Position numbers and translations under genes: made by a program. This document shows, piece by piece, positions 7,379 through 17,240 of a stretch of 64,000 nucleotides of DNA. The notes under the pieces were generated by a model that was not told the DNA's origin, searched no databases, and saw only the letters and a list, made by a program, of their open reading frames with translations. Every line of letters starts with the position of its first letter. The stretch's first letter is position 1. Source of the DNA: Candidatus Kapaibacterium sp. (GTDB lineage Bacteria > Patescibacteriota > Patescibacteriia > UBA9934); NCBI GenBank assembly GCA_044350705.1, contig JBILHA010000001.1, positions 49,809 through 113,808 of the forward strand. Reading direction: 5' to 3'.

Positions 7379-9772
7379 ATGTCGTTTGCGGAGATTCGCC
7401 CAGGGATGTTGTTTGCTTTCATGTGTGGGGGATTCATTCTTGGTATTGCGTTTGCATCTTTTGATGCGCCATGGTGGGTAGGGGGTGGGGTGTTGGGTTT
7501 GGGGTGTTGGGTGTGGTCTCGTCTCTCGCGAAATTCTGACGTGAGAAGGAATTTTGTGTATGTTTTTTTCTCAATCATTTTTTCTTTGTTGGGCTCTTGG
7601 CGTTATCAGGTTATTCAACCAACCCTGCACTCGGTTTCTATGATTGCAGATAAAGAAATGCGAACTCTTGAAGGAACGATCGTTCGTATTCAGGAAAGTG
7701 AATATGGTATTCGTTTAACGCTCAACGATATTGTTGCGCAGGGAAGGAAATTTGAGGATCGCATTTTGGTACGCGTTCCTCTTTTTTCAGAAAGTAGCTT
7801 AGGGGAGCGGGTGAGTATTGATTGTGCGCTGAAGCGGCCGGAACCTTTTGAAGGGTTTGCCTACGATCGGTATCTTGCGGCGAAAGACATTCAAGCGACG
7901 TGTTCAACGCGGGAAGTGCCTTTTGTTCTTGAAGATGAGCGGGGTATCTGGATGGCTTTTTTGCGTACCGTGTATGGGATAAATAGGTTCTCGATCGCAA
8001 TGATTGATCGCGTATTTCCCGATCCTCATGCGCAGTTATTAGCAGGGCTTTTGTTAGGTGATGATGCGTTTTCAGAAGTGTGGAGTGAGCGATTTTTACG
8101 GACGGGAACGTCTCATATTGTTGCGGCGAGTGGATCAAATGTTGCGCTTGTGGTGATGCTCGTGCTTGGAGGCATGTTTCGTGCGTGTATTTCTCGTAAA
8201 TATGCAACGGCGTTCGCGCTCTTTGGCATTTTGTGTTTTGTTTTTTTGGCTGGTGCAGAATCTGCGGTGACGCGTGCAGGAATTATGGCGTCATTTGTCG
8301 TGATATCGCGAGTCTTGGGAAGGGCATCTTCCGTGAGAAATGTTTTGTTGTGCACGGTGTGTATCATGCTTTTTGATGAGCCTCGTATTTTGCGTGACGA
8401 TATTGGTTTTCAACTTTCTGTTTTGTCGACGATTGGGCTTATTTTCTGGGCAAATACTTTTATTGAGTATGTTTCGTTTGTTCCTGAGCGATTCGGACTT
8501 CGTGAAGGGTTTGCGACAACATTGGCTGCGACCTTAGCTACTTTGCCGGTGACGCTTTTTAGCATGGGGCAGATTTCATTCGTAGGGCCACTTGCAAATT
8601 TGCTTGTTTTACCGCTTTTGCCCTTGGCGATGGGACTTGGCACCTTGGCGACTATTGTAGGTATGGTTCATGGAGAAATTGGTCGTTGGATTGCGTTTCC
8701 TGCGTGGTGGATTTTGGATACGATTCTCATGATCTTGAGAGAACTTTCGAGTTTGTCTTTTGTGTATGTGGAAGTGGTGTGGTGGAAAGTAGTGTTTGGG
8801 GTGTTGGGGGTAGGGGGTGGGGTGTGGATTATGCACCTCGTTTTGAGGGTGCTTCATGTCGACCGCTTGCTTGCCTTTCGTGGGAAGAATCTTCAAGAAG
8901 AGCATAGGAAAGAAGACAAGGTGAATGCAGGAGCTGTCCTTGTCCCATGTCTTTTTGTTGTTCTTTTTTTCATATCTTTTGCGCAACATGTTATACGCGA
9001 TGGATGGTTTTCTTCTTCGGTGCGTGTATGGGTTTTTGATGTGGGACAGGGCGACGCAATTTTTATTGATACTCCAGAAAAAGATGTTGTTATTGATGGG
9101 GGGCCATCACCTATTCTTCGAGAGAAAATCGGCATGATGCTTCCGTGGTTTGATCGGCATCTTGATTATGTTTTTGTTACGCACCCTCACGCAGATCATG
9201 TGGTCGGTTTAGTTTCTTTACTTGAGCATTATGGAGTTTCACTTGTGGGAGAGAGTGGACAGGGGTGCTCCTCGTCGGATTGTCGAGCTTTTGATGAGGT
9301 TGTTCACATTTCATCGGCTATTTTGGCGGGAGAAGTTTTTGAACTTGCGCACGGTATTACTCTTCGCGCAGTTTGGCCGCAAGAAAATTATGGGAATAAA
9401 AAACTTTCTGATCCGAATGATGGCTCTTTGGTTTTTGTTTTAGAGACTCCGCATGGGTCTATGCTTCTTACGGGGGATGCGGGTATTGAAGAAGAGCATC
9501 TTTTTATTCCATTACTGCCAGAGAACATTGAGGTATTAAAAGTTGGACATCACGGGAGTAGCACATCTACCTCGTTAGAGCTCCTTGAGGCTATTCGTCC
9601 AGAGTACGGGATTATTTCTTTAGGCGAAGATAATTCGTACGGCCATCCGCATGAAGAGGCGATACAGCATCTTTTAAAATATCATGTAGAGTTTTTTCAA
9701 ACGAATCTTTCCGGAGATATGAAAGTAGAGTTTGGAGAAGAGGGAGTTGAGGTGACATCGTGGCGGTTATAG
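7379..9772 (+). CDS. comEC: DNA internalization competence protein ComEC/Rec2 (membrane domain + metallo-beta-lactamase domain)
   Basis: N-terminal polytopic competence domain. C-terminal MBL domain VWVFDVGQGDAIFIDTPEKDVVIDGGP ... THPHADHVVGL ... GHHGS. Confidence 0.85.
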   Translation: MSFAEIRPGMLFAFMCGGFILGIAFASFDAPWWVGGGVLGLGCWVWSRLSRNSDVRRNFVYVFFSIIFSLLGSWRYQVIQPTLHSVSMIADKEMRTLEGTIVRIQESEYGIRLTLNDIVAQGRKFEDRILVRVPLFSESSLGERVSIDCALKRPEPFEGFAYDRYLAAKDIQATCSTREVPFVLEDERGIWMAFLRTVYGINRFSIAMIDRVFPDPHAQLLAGLLLGDDAFSEVWSERFLRTGTSHIVAASGSNVALVVMLVLGGMFRACISRKYATAFALFGILCFVFLAGAESAVTRAGIMASFVVISRVLGRASSVRNVLLCTVCIMLFDEPRILRDDIGFQLSVLSTIGLIFWANTFIEYVSFVPERFGLREGFATTLAATLATLPVTLFSMGQISFVGPLANLLVLPLLPLAMGLGTLATIVGMVHGEIGRWIAFPAWWILDTILMILRELSSLSFVYVEVVWWKVVFGVLGVGGGVWIMHLVLRVLHVDRLLAFRGKNLQEEHRKEDKVNAGAVLVPCLFVVLFFISFAQHVIRDGWFSSSVRVWVFDVGQGDAIFIDTPEKDVVIDGGPSPILREKIGMMLPWFDRHLDYVFVTHPHADHVVGLVSLLEHYGVSLVGESGQGCSSSDCRAFDEVVHISSAILAGEVFELAHGITLRAVWPQENYGNKKLSDPNDGSLVFVLETPHGSMLLTGDAGIEEEHLFIPLLPENIEVLKVGHHGSSTSTSLELLEAIRPEYGIISLGEDNSYGHPHEEAIQHLLKYHVEFFQTNLSGDMKVEFGEEGVEVTSWRL
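7473..7516. repeat. G-rich element, copy 1 (TAGGGGGTGGGGTGT + TTTGGGGTGTTGGG) inside comEC
   Basis: Exact 13-mer TAGGGGGTGGGGT shared with 8811-8823 and 50928-50940. Confidence 0.7.
8794..8827. repeat. G-rich element, copy 2 inside comEC (sub-motifs in swapped order)
   Basis: TTTGGGGTGTTGGGGG + TAGGGGGTGGGGTGTGG. Confidence 0.7.
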
Positions 9773-9840
9773 GCATGTCCTCGAAGTTGCAAAAAAGCGT
9801 TCTTTTCTTTATCCTTTGTGCAAATTCTTTACCTTTTTGT

Positions 9841-10308
9841 ATGGCGGATATTCAACGTACTTTGGTTCTTGTAAAGCCAGATGCAGTACAGCGTGAGCTT
9901 GTTGGGGAAATTGTAGGTCGCTTTGAGCGCAAAGGTTTGAAGATGGTGGGCATGAAGCTTACGCATCTTGATGCCGCAACGCTTGAAGAGCATTACGGAC
10001 ATTTGAAGGAGAAGCCTTTCTTTCCTTCTCTCGTGCAGTTCATGATGCAAACTCCTGTTGTTGCAATGGTGCTTGAAGGACTCGATGTTATTGAAGCGGT
10101 TCGCAAAGTTGTTGGTGCGACAAATCCTCGCGTTGCAGATGCAGGAACGATTCGCGCGGATCTTTCCATGAACGTTCCTTCGAACATTATTCACGCATCT
10201 GATTCTCCTGAAGCGGCTGAAGTTGAAGTGAAGCGTTTCTTCAAGTCAGAAGAGCTCTTCTCTTACGAGAAACTTACGGATCGTTTCCACTTTGGAGAGG
10301 GCGTTTAA
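9841..10308 (+). CDS. ndk: nucleoside diphosphate kinase
   Basis: RTLVLVKPDAV ... NIIHASDS catalytic His region. Start taken at MADIQRT. Confidence 0.9.
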   Translation: MADIQRTLVLVKPDAVQRELVGEIVGRFERKGLKMVGMKLTHLDAATLEEHYGHLKEKPFFPSLVQFMMQTPVVAMVLEGLDVIEAVRKVVGATNPRVADAGTIRADLSMNVPSNIIHASDSPEAAEVEVKRFFKSEELFSYEKLTDRFHFGEGV

Positions 10309-10327
10309 GGTTTTCTGTGGAAAACTC

Positions 10328-10355
10328 TTGCCATGTGAAAAAAATGTGGTAGAGT
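10328..10355 (+). promoter_or_regulatory. sigma70-like promoter (TTGCCA-N16-TGgTAGAGT extended -10)
   Basis: Hexamers read directly. Lies just downstream of ndk in a convergent intergenic region. Confidence 0.4.
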
Positions 10356-10439
10356 AAATATATCAGTATGCAATTTGGCATGTATAAGTCATTCGCAGTC
10401 ACATTTACCTCACGCATTTGTGTGGTACTTTGTGATGTT

Positions 10440-10535
10440 CGGGTGGCTTTGCAGCATGCATAGCATTTTCTTGAAAGAGAATTTGTTACAACAGGTTGAA
10501 AAAAGCCACCCGGAGCAATTCGGGTGGCTTTTCTT
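10440..10535 (+). promoter_or_regulatory. candidate attenuator: antiterminator segment (cgggtggcttt) duplicating the 3' half of the downstream terminator aaaaagccacccg-gagcaatt-cgggtggctttt
   Basis: The exact 11-nt copy of the terminator 3' arm 60 nt upstream can pair with the terminator 5' arm. The hairpin plus T-run is bidirectional. Confidence 0.4.
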
Positions 10536-10977
10536 GTGTGGTCTTGTGCGGTGAGGTTCGTGAGACTCTCATGAATCTTCCGCGCAAGGGCACTCGATGT
10601 ACCTGCGCAACCTGCCATCAACCTTGAGACGAGAGGGATCCCTCCATGAGCACTCGTTCCTCCGATGACACGACCGTCACCTCCTTCGTTCCCGCGACTG
10701 TTCCTGTTGCGACCGCCTCCTCGACGTTCATGTCTCCGCGCAACGAGCGCCTTCCGGGTGACCGCACCCAGGCGCATCCGGTGACGCCGGATATCGATCA
10801 GATGGCGATGGCCAATCGTCAGATGGCGATGGTCGATCGTCTCCGGTTCTTCTGTGGTGTCGGCTGAGGTGTTCGGGGTGGGGCTTCTCAGAAAACAAGT
10901 GAGAGGCCGTTCAGGTCTCTCGTGCCAAGTGACTCTGTCGCCCTTCCCCCTTCGTGAGCCCTTGTGCTCGCTCACGT

Positions 10978-11026
10978 CCCCGCCACCTCGAGGCCTTGCC
11001 GCTTCGGTGGCGGGTCTTCATTTTTA
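10978..11026 (+). terminator. GC-rich hairpin + T-run (plus-strand intrinsic terminator), overlapping the stop of the convergent minus-strand gene
   Basis: ccccgccacc ... ggtggcggg followed by tcttcattttta. Confidence 0.55.
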
Positions 11027-11860
11027 TGCGGATTTGAATGTACCTGTTGTCATCCTTCGATCTTTTGCTTTTCTCTTGAGGAGCTTGGTGACAATGAACC
11101 GTTCTGCCGAAGTTGCGTCGCGGGTTTTGAGAAAATGTACGAGTGCAGCGCCAAGTTCATTTTGGAATTCCTGGTTCTGTTCGGGGAAAAGCATCACCAT
11201 ACGCTCTGCGATGCGACGAGTGAGGAATTCGTCTTGAGGAGAGAGTTTTTCCGTGAGGTTCATGAGCATACGTTGCGCATGACGTTCTACGTTTTCTTCG
11301 ATCTTTGCAATGTTGCCGTACTGACGGTGTAGCTCTTCTCCGGTAAGTACAGGAATGCCTTCTATGCTTTTTTGAGATGTCCACGCTGTATCAGGGACGA
11401 TTTCGGTATCTGCCATGAGTTCGAAAGGAACCTCGTCATTTCCTATATGGAGACTTCCCTGGAGGATGAGCGCGCGTTGACCCACGCGTTTTGGCTCGCC
11501 AAAGGTGATATGTGCAGGGTTTACTTCTTGGAAATAGCGGAGAATTTTTTTGAGGTCATCATGCTTTTTTAGAGCAATATCAATGTCGTCGGGAATTTTA
11601 GGTAGAGGCTCGTGACGTTCGGTAGCATGGAGCGCGAGTGCCGTACTCCCGATTATTTTATAAGGAATCTGGAGTTCGCGTAAGAGAAGATCGATCATCC
11701 GCAATCCTTTTTCTAATGCGAGAAGCTTTTCATGATCTTTGTCCCGTATAAGTTCTTCCGTCGTTTCTTCAAGGGGAAATTCTTTATGATCATCACGATC
11801 ATGCGCATGTTCCCCTGGACGACGTTTCATTTCCGGCATGCTTCCTCGTAGTTCAGGCAT
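11024..11860 (-). CDS. putative nucleotidyltransferase (Pol-beta superfamily fold, KNTase/Lnu-like NT domain + helical domain)
   Basis: IIGSTALALH ... DDIDIAL matches the hG[GS]...DhDh minimal nucleotidyltransferase signature. Acidic N-terminus. No partner gene. Confidence 0.45.
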   Translation of the reverse strand: MPELRGSMPEMKRRPGEHAHDRDDHKEFPLEETTEELIRDKDHEKLLALEKGLRMIDLLLRELQIPYKIIGSTALALHATERHEPLPKIPDDIDIALKKHDDLKKILRYFQEVNPAHITFGEPKRVGQRALILQGSLHIGNDEVPFELMADTEIVPDTAWTSQKSIEGIPVLTGEELHRQYGNIAKIEENVERHAQRMLMNLTEKLSPQDEFLTRRIAERMVMLFPEQNQEFQNELGAALVHFLKTRDATSAERFIVTKLLKRKAKDRRMTTGTFKSA

Positions 11861-13204
11861 ATGTTCAAGAAAGAAAAAATATCTGTTAGTATTCTAGCAA
11901 AGAATATGCCATCTACACTTCGTATTACGGGCGGAAAAGCACTTTCAGGAGAGATTACGGTTGCAGGTGCAAAAAATGCTGCATCAAAAATGATTATTGC
12001 GACTCTTCTTACTCCTCATGAGGTAACCCTCACGAATGTTCCTTTGCAACAAGAGACGGATATTGCTTGCGAATTGGTAAAGACCTTAGGCGGAGCCATT
12101 TCTCTTGAAGATCATACCCTTCGTCTTTGTGTGGAAGAGATTGCTTCTACCTCTGCGATGCAGCTATCAAGAAAAAATCGTTTGGCTATTTTAGCGCTCG
12201 CTCCACTTCTTCACCGAAAAGGCGAAGCTTTTGTCCCTACATTAGGGGGGGACAAGATTGGTCCTCGTCCTGTGAATTTTCATTTAGATGCTTTAGAGAA
12301 AATGGGGGCAAAGATTGAGGCGGATGCTGATGGCTATCGCGCAACCGCACCTGGAGGACTTAAGGGGACGGTTATTGAACTCCCGTATCCTTCTGTGGGA
12401 GCGACGGAGACGGTGCTTTTTGCGGGGGTTCTTGCAAAAGGTCGCACTGTTCTTCGGAATGCTGCTATTGAGCCTGAGATCGTAGACCTCATCATGATGC
12501 TTCAAAAAATGGGAGCTATTATTGAGCTCCGTGCTGGACGCGAGATCATGATTATTGGCGTTAAGGAACTTCATGGTTGCGTGCACCGTGTATTGCCTGA
12601 TCGGCTTGAGGTTGCTTCTTTTGCGGCGCTTGCTTTAGGAACGAGGGGGGATATTTTTGTGCGCGGTGCGAAGCATCGCGATATGATCACTTTTTTAAAT
12701 GCGGTGCGTCAGTTGGGGGGAGAATATGAGGTTACGGGAGAGGGCATTCGTTTTATAGGCCGATCTTCCTATCGCGGCATGCAGGTAGAAACCGATACTG
12801 CTCCTGGATTTTCCACGGATTGGCAGCAGCCGTTTTGTGTTTTGCTTACTCAAGCAGAAGGAACTTCGGTTATGCATGAAACGGTGTATGAGGAGCGTTT
12901 TGGTTATACCGATGTTTTAAAGAAAATGGGTGCAGATATTACGCTTTTTGAAAATTGTTTAGGTGAGATCAGATGTCGTTTTCGAGATCATAACTATAAA
13001 CATGCGGCGATTATCAAAGGGCCAACGCCTCTTCATGCGACCGATATGGCTGTTCCTGATATTCGAGCTGGACTTGCATATGTTCTTGCGGCACTCATTG
13101 CTGAAGGAACTTCTACCTTAACGGGCGTGGAACATTTAGAGCGCGGATATGAAGATCTTTATGGGAAGCTTCGCAGTATTGGTGCGCAGATAGAGGTAAG
13201 CTAA
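11861..13204 (+). CDS. murA: UDP-N-acetylglucosamine 1-carboxyvinyltransferase
   Basis: LRITGGKALSGEITVAGAKNAASK and typical MurA length. Alternative start at 11906 (MPSTLRITGG). Confidence 0.9.
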   Translation: MFKKEKISVSILAKNMPSTLRITGGKALSGEITVAGAKNAASKMIIATLLTPHEVTLTNVPLQQETDIACELVKTLGGAISLEDHTLRLCVEEIASTSAMQLSRKNRLAILALAPLLHRKGEAFVPTLGGDKIGPRPVNFHLDALEKMGAKIEADADGYRATAPGGLKGTVIELPYPSVGATETVLFAGVLAKGRTVLRNAAIEPEIVDLIMMLQKMGAIIELRAGREIMIIGVKELHGCVHRVLPDRLEVASFAALALGTRGDIFVRGAKHRDMITFLNAVRQLGGEYEVTGEGIRFIGRSSYRGMQVETDTAPGFSTDWQQPFCVLLTQAEGTSVMHETVYEERFGYTDVLKKMGADITLFENCLGEIRCRFRDHNYKHAAIIKGPTPLHATDMAVPDIRAGLAYVLAALIAEGTSTLTGVEHLERGYEDLYGKLRSIGAQIEVS

Positions 13205-13264
13205 AGAATTGCCATCTTCAGGAAGGAAGCCCGGTTGACTAAAAGATCTTACCGCTGAATTTAT

Positions 13265-13945
13265 ATGTTTTTAAATCTCATTCTTGCTTCTCCGCTTATT
13301 GCCCTTGCGTACGCTACGGCTATCATTCTTTCTCTTACGGTGCATGAATTTGCTCATGCTGCAGTAGGGAAGTGGCGGGGTGATCGTACTGCAGAACATA
13401 TGGGGCGTCTTACCTTGAATCCTTTGGCTCATATGGATTTCCTGGGTACTCTTATGTTGTTTACCGTGGGTTTTGGATGGGCAAAGCCCGTTCCCTTTGA
13501 TCCTCGTCGTTTGCAAAATCCTTTGTTAGATGGCGTGGTTATTGCTCTTGCAGGTCCTGCTTCCAACCTTCTCTTAGCTGTTGCCGCAGGCATGGCTTTC
13601 CAATGGTTGTATATAGGGGGAATGCTTTCTTTTGAGAGTGTTTTGCCTGTATTTCTTGTGCTCCTTATTTTGGTAAATCTTATGCTCATGTTCTTTAATT
13701 TGCTTCCTATTCCTCCCTTGGATGGGTCTCATGTTATCGATGCGGTGCTTCATAAGGCTTCCTGGCATAAGGCTCGAGTACTTTTTGAGGCATATGGCTC
13801 CCAGCTTCTTCTTGCCTTGGTGATTATTTCGCTTTTGACTCCTCTGGATCCCTTTAGATTCATTACCGAACCTGCATTTTTTGCTTGCGATCTGCTCTCT
13901 GAGTCGTCGTGTTTGGGGGTTTTGGGAATGTATTTAAGCCCCTAA
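13265..13945 (+). CDS. site-2 protease family zinc metalloprotease (peptidase M50, SpoIVFB-like)
   Basis: HEFAHA zinc motif in a TM helix and [11 protein letters not shown] motif. Polytopic. Confidence 0.7.
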   Translation: MFLNLILASPLIALAYATAIILSLTVHEFAHAAVGKWRGDRTAEHMGRLTLNPLAHMDFLGTLMLFTVGFGWAKPVPFDPRRLQNPLLDGVVIALAGPASNLLLAVAAGMAFQWLYIGGMLSFESVLPVFLVLLILVNLMLMFFNLLPIPPLDGSHVIDAVLHKASWHKARVLFEAYGSQLLLALVIISLLTPLDPFRFITEPAFFACDLLSESSCLGVLGMYLSP

Positions 13946-13958
13946 TCCTTTGGTCCCA

Positions 13959-13988
13959 TTGACCAATATTTGGCTACCATGCTACTAT
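13959..13988 (+). promoter_or_regulatory. sigma70-like promoter of the str operon (TTGACC-N18-TACTAT)
   Basis: Hexamers about 15 nt upstream of the rpsL ATG. Confidence 0.5.
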
Positions 13989-14003
13989 TTTGGCACTTTT
14001 TGT

Positions 14004-14447
14004 ATGCCAACTATTAACCAGCTCATCCGTAAGGGTCGCAAGAGTGTAAAGGCGAAATCCAAGTCGCCTGCTATGCAGTACACGCTCGATTCCTTGCACC
14101 GTAAGCGCACCGAGCTTTCTAAAGGCGCTCCCTTTAAGCGTGGCGTTTGTGTAAAGGTCACTACCATGACCCCAAAGAAACCAAACTCTGCACTTCGTAA
14201 AATTGCCCGTGTTCGTCTTTCTAACGGCACGGAAGTTACTGCCTACATTCCTGGCGAAGGTCACGGATTGCAGGAGCACTCCATTGTGATGATTCGCGGA
14301 GGTCGTGTAAAAGACCTTCCGGGTGTTCGTTACCACATCGTTCGTGGTCGTTATGACGCAACGGGTGTTGAAGGCCGCAATCGTGGTCGTTCTCTTTACG
14401 GAACTAAGCGTCCAAAGGCAGGAAAAGCAGCTCCTAAGAAGAAATAG
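14004..14447 (+). CDS. rpsL: 30S ribosomal protein S12
   Basis: [13 protein letters not shown] ... [10 protein letters not shown]. Lys-rich C-terminal tail. Confidence 0.95.
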   Translation: MPTINQLIRKGRKSVKAKSKSPAMQYTLDSLHRKRTELSKGAPFKRGVCVKVTTMTPKKPNSALRKIARVRLSNGTEVTAYIPGEGHGLQEHSIVMIRGGRVKDLPGVRYHIVRGRYDATGVEGRNRGRSLYGTKRPKAGKAAPKKK

Positions 14448-14590
14448 TTGTCAGAATTTGTTTCGACGGATGAGCGTTGCTCGTCCGTCTTCTACAGCTT
14501 CTGAAGCTGCTCATTTCTTAAGTCGTTGAGTACCGATTCCGCTCGGGAAGGATTGCAAGATATTCGTCTTGTGACACATCGACATTTTCT

Positions 14591-15064
14591 TTGTTTATGC
14601 GTGGTAAGCGCGCTGGTTCGCGTGAGATTGCTCCCGACAATAAGTATGGGAGTGTTTTAGTTGCAAAGCTTATTAACTACGTCATGCGTGACGGTAAGAA
14701 GGCTACGGCAACGCGTGTGGTTTATGATGCCCTTGATATTATCGAGGCTGAGGCAAAGCGCGGTGCTGTAGAGGTTTTTGACGAGGCGCTTAAGAACGTT
14801 ATGCCTGCGGTTGAAGTGAAGTCGAAGCGTGTAGGTGGTGCAAACTACCAGGTTCCTATGCCCGTGCGCGGTGAGCGCAAATATGCACTTGCTTATCGCT
14901 GGCTTTTGCTTGCTGCACGAGGCAAGAAGGGTCGTCCTATGTGTGAAAAGCTTGCAGAAGAGCTCATGCTTGCTGCAAAGGGAGAAGGTGAAGCGGTGAA
15001 AAAACGTGCAGAAGTACAGCGTATGGCTGAAGCAAACCGCGCTTTCGCCCACTTTGCTCGCTAA
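14591..15064 (+). CDS. rpsG: 30S ribosomal protein S7
   Basis: Typical S7 sequence; position after rpsL. Confidence 0.95.
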   Translation: MFMRGKRAGSREIAPDNKYGSVLVAKLINYVMRDGKKATATRVVYDALDIIEAEAKRGAVEVFDEALKNVMPAVEVKSKRVGGANYQVPMPVRGERKYALAYRWLLLAARGKKGRPMCEKLAEELMLAAKGEGEAVKKRAEVQRMAEANRAFAHFAR

Positions 15065-15086
15065 TTTCGTCTAATCTTTTGCACAT

Positions 15087-17177
15087 ATGAATCGCGACTA
15101 TCCTTTGGAACGGGTGAGAAATATCGGTATTATCGCCCACATTGACGCAGGAAAGACCACTACTACTGAGCGTGTTCTTTTCTATACCGGAAAGAAGCAC
15201 AAAATTGGTGAAGTGCACGAAGGTGAAGCGACCATGGACTGGATGGAGCAGGAACAGGAGCGCGGTATTACTATCACCGCTGCTGCAACGACCTGTTTTT
15301 GGAAGGATCACCGCTTGAACATTATCGATACTCCTGGTCACGTAGACTTTACTGTTGAAGTCGAGCGTTCTCTTCGTGTGCTTGATGGTGGCGTTACCGT
15401 GTTCGATGGTGTTGCCGGCGTAGAGCCTCAGTCTGAAACTGTTTGGCATCAGGCGGATAAATATCGCGTGCCACGTATCTGCTACATCAACAAGCTTGAT
15501 CGTACCGGTGCAGATTTCTATAAGGACTTGGATTCTATTCACAAGCGCCTTACGCCAAATGCGCATCCTATCCAGTTGCCTATTGGTACTGAAGCGAATT
15601 TCGTAGGACTCGTTGATCTCTTTACTCGTCGCGCTTACATCTACAAAGATGACGCAGGTAAGGTTATCGAAGAGACGGATGTTCCGGCTGATTTGCAAGA
15701 AAAGGTTGAAAAGTATCGCGGTCAGTTGATTGAAGCAATCGTTGAACAAGATGAGAAGCTCATGGATCGTTACTTTGCAGGTGAAGAGATTGCTGTTTCC
15801 GAGCTGAAGGCGGCTCTTCGTAAGGGGGTTGTTGCCATGAAGATCTTCCCTGTACTTTGTGGATCCTCTCTTAAAAATAAGGGTGTACAGCAGATGCTCG
15901 ATGCCGTCGTAGAGTTCTTGCCTTCTCCTTTGGATCGTCCTGCGCTCGTAGGTACCGACCCGGATGATGCAGAAAAAGAAATTCCCGTGCCTTCTTCTGA
16001 TGCCGAGCCTTTTGCTGCATTGGCATTTAAGATCGCTGCAGATCCTTTCGTTGGCAAGCTTGCGTTCTTCCGTGTTTACTCGGGTACGCTTCAGGCAGGA
16101 TCTTATGTTCTTAATACCTCAACCGGTGAGAAAGAGCGTATCTCTCGTATCGTCCGTCTTCATGCGAATTCTCGTGAAGAAGTGGAGCAGGTGTTTGCAG
16201 GAGAAATTGCAGCTGCAGTAGGTTTGAAGGCAACGGCAACGGGTCATACTCTTTGTGCTCCCGAGCGTCCTGTACTTCTTGAAACCATTAACTTTGCAAA
16301 GCCTGTTATCTCTCAGGCGGTTGAGCCAAAGACAAAGGCTGACCAGGAAAAGATGGGCGTAGCACTTTCTCGACTCATGGAAGAAGATCCTACCTTCCGT
16401 GTACACACCGATACTGATACCAACCAGACGATTATTTCGGGTATGGGAGAACTCCACCTGGAAATCATGGTTGATCGTATGAAGCGTGAGTATGGTGTTG
16501 AGGTAACGGTAGGTAAGCCTCAGGTAAGCTACCGTGAAACCATCCGTGGTTCCGCAGAGGGTGAAGGTAAGTATGTGAAGCAGTCTGGAGGTCGCGGTCA
16601 ATACGGCCATGCCTGGATTCGTGTTGAGCCTAATACCGATGCTGAACACCCTGAGCAGTTCATGTTCCAGGAAGAGATTAAGGGTGGCGCTATTCCTCGT
16701 GAGTACATTCCTGCGATTGAAAAGGGTGCTCGTGAGGCGGTAGATCGTGGTGTGCTTGCAGGTTTCCCGCTCATTGGCGTGAAGGCTACGGTATACGATG
16801 GTTCTTACCACGATGTAGACTCGAATGAAGCGGCATTTAAGATGGCCGGCTCCATGGCAATTCAAGATGCTATCAAGAAAGCACAGCCTGTTCTTCTTGA
16901 ACCTATCATGAAGGTAGAGGTAGTCACTCCTGAAGAGTCTCTTGGTACGGTTGTGGGCGACCTCAACTCTAAGCGTGGTCAGATCCAGGAAATGGGTGAT
17001 CGTGGAAACGTCAAAACCGTTCGCGCTCTCGTTCCTCTTGCGGAGATGTTCGGTTACGCAACAAACCTCCGTTCTCTTACGCAGGGTCGCGCATCTTCCA
17101 CCATGGAATTTGCAGAGTACCAGGAAGTTCCTCGTAACGTTGCAGACACTATCATTAAGGAGCGTTCTGCTAAGTAA
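15087..17177 (+). CDS. fusA: elongation factor G
   Basis: [22 protein letters not shown] and full five-domain length. Confidence 0.97.
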   Translation: MNRDYPLERVRNIGIIAHIDAGKTTTTERVLFYTGKKHKIGEVHEGEATMDWMEQEQERGITITAAATTCFWKDHRLNIIDTPGHVDFTVEVERSLRVLDGGVTVFDGVAGVEPQSETVWHQADKYRVPRICYINKLDRTGADFYKDLDSIHKRLTPNAHPIQLPIGTEANFVGLVDLFTRRAYIYKDDAGKVIEETDVPADLQEKVEKYRGQLIEAIVEQDEKLMDRYFAGEEIAVSELKAALRKGVVAMKIFPVLCGSSLKNKGVQQMLDAVVEFLPSPLDRPALVGTDPDDAEKEIPVPSSDAEPFAALAFKIAADPFVGKLAFFRVYSGTLQAGSYVLNTSTGEKERISRIVRLHANSREEVEQVFAGEIAAAVGLKATATGHTLCAPERPVLLETINFAKPVISQAVEPKTKADQEKMGVALSRLMEEDPTFRVHTDTDTNQTIISGMGELHLEIMVDRMKREYGVEVTVGKPQVSYRETIRGSAEGEGKYVKQSGGRGQYGHAWIRVEPNTDAEHPEQFMFQEEIKGGAIPREYIPAIEKGAREAVDRGVLAGFPLIGVKATVYDGSYHDVDSNEAAFKMAGSMAIQDAIKKAQPVLLEPIMKVEVVTPEESLGTVVGDLNSKRGQIQEMGDRGNVKTVRALVPLAEMFGYATNLRSLTQGRASSTMEFAEYQEVPRNVADTIIKERSAK

Positions 17178-17208
17178 CTTTTAGCCTCTTTACGTGATAA
17201 AAAGAAAA

Positions 17209-17237
17209 TAGACCCACAAGGGTCTGTTTTCTTTTTT
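17209..17237 (+). terminator. intrinsic terminator after fusA
   Basis: gaccc-acaag-gggtc followed by a T-run. Confidence 0.6.
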
Positions 17238-17240
17238 GTA

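Noticed and set aside
10274-10975. 233-aa minus-strand ORF across the convergent intergenic region
   Set aside because: Arg/Gly-rich nonsense-like translation. Overlaps the ndk 3' end. More likely a GC-rich non-coding or decayed segment than a gene.
10540-11025. Tested the GC-rich segment for RNase P RNA, tmRNA and SRP RNA
   Set aside because: No GGAAAGUCCGGGC, AGGGUGAAA ... GGUAAGAGCGCACC or ACAGAACCCGGCUUA motifs. No tRNA-like GGTTCGANTCC ... CCACCA 3' end. No AGGAAGCAGC domain IV motif on either strand.
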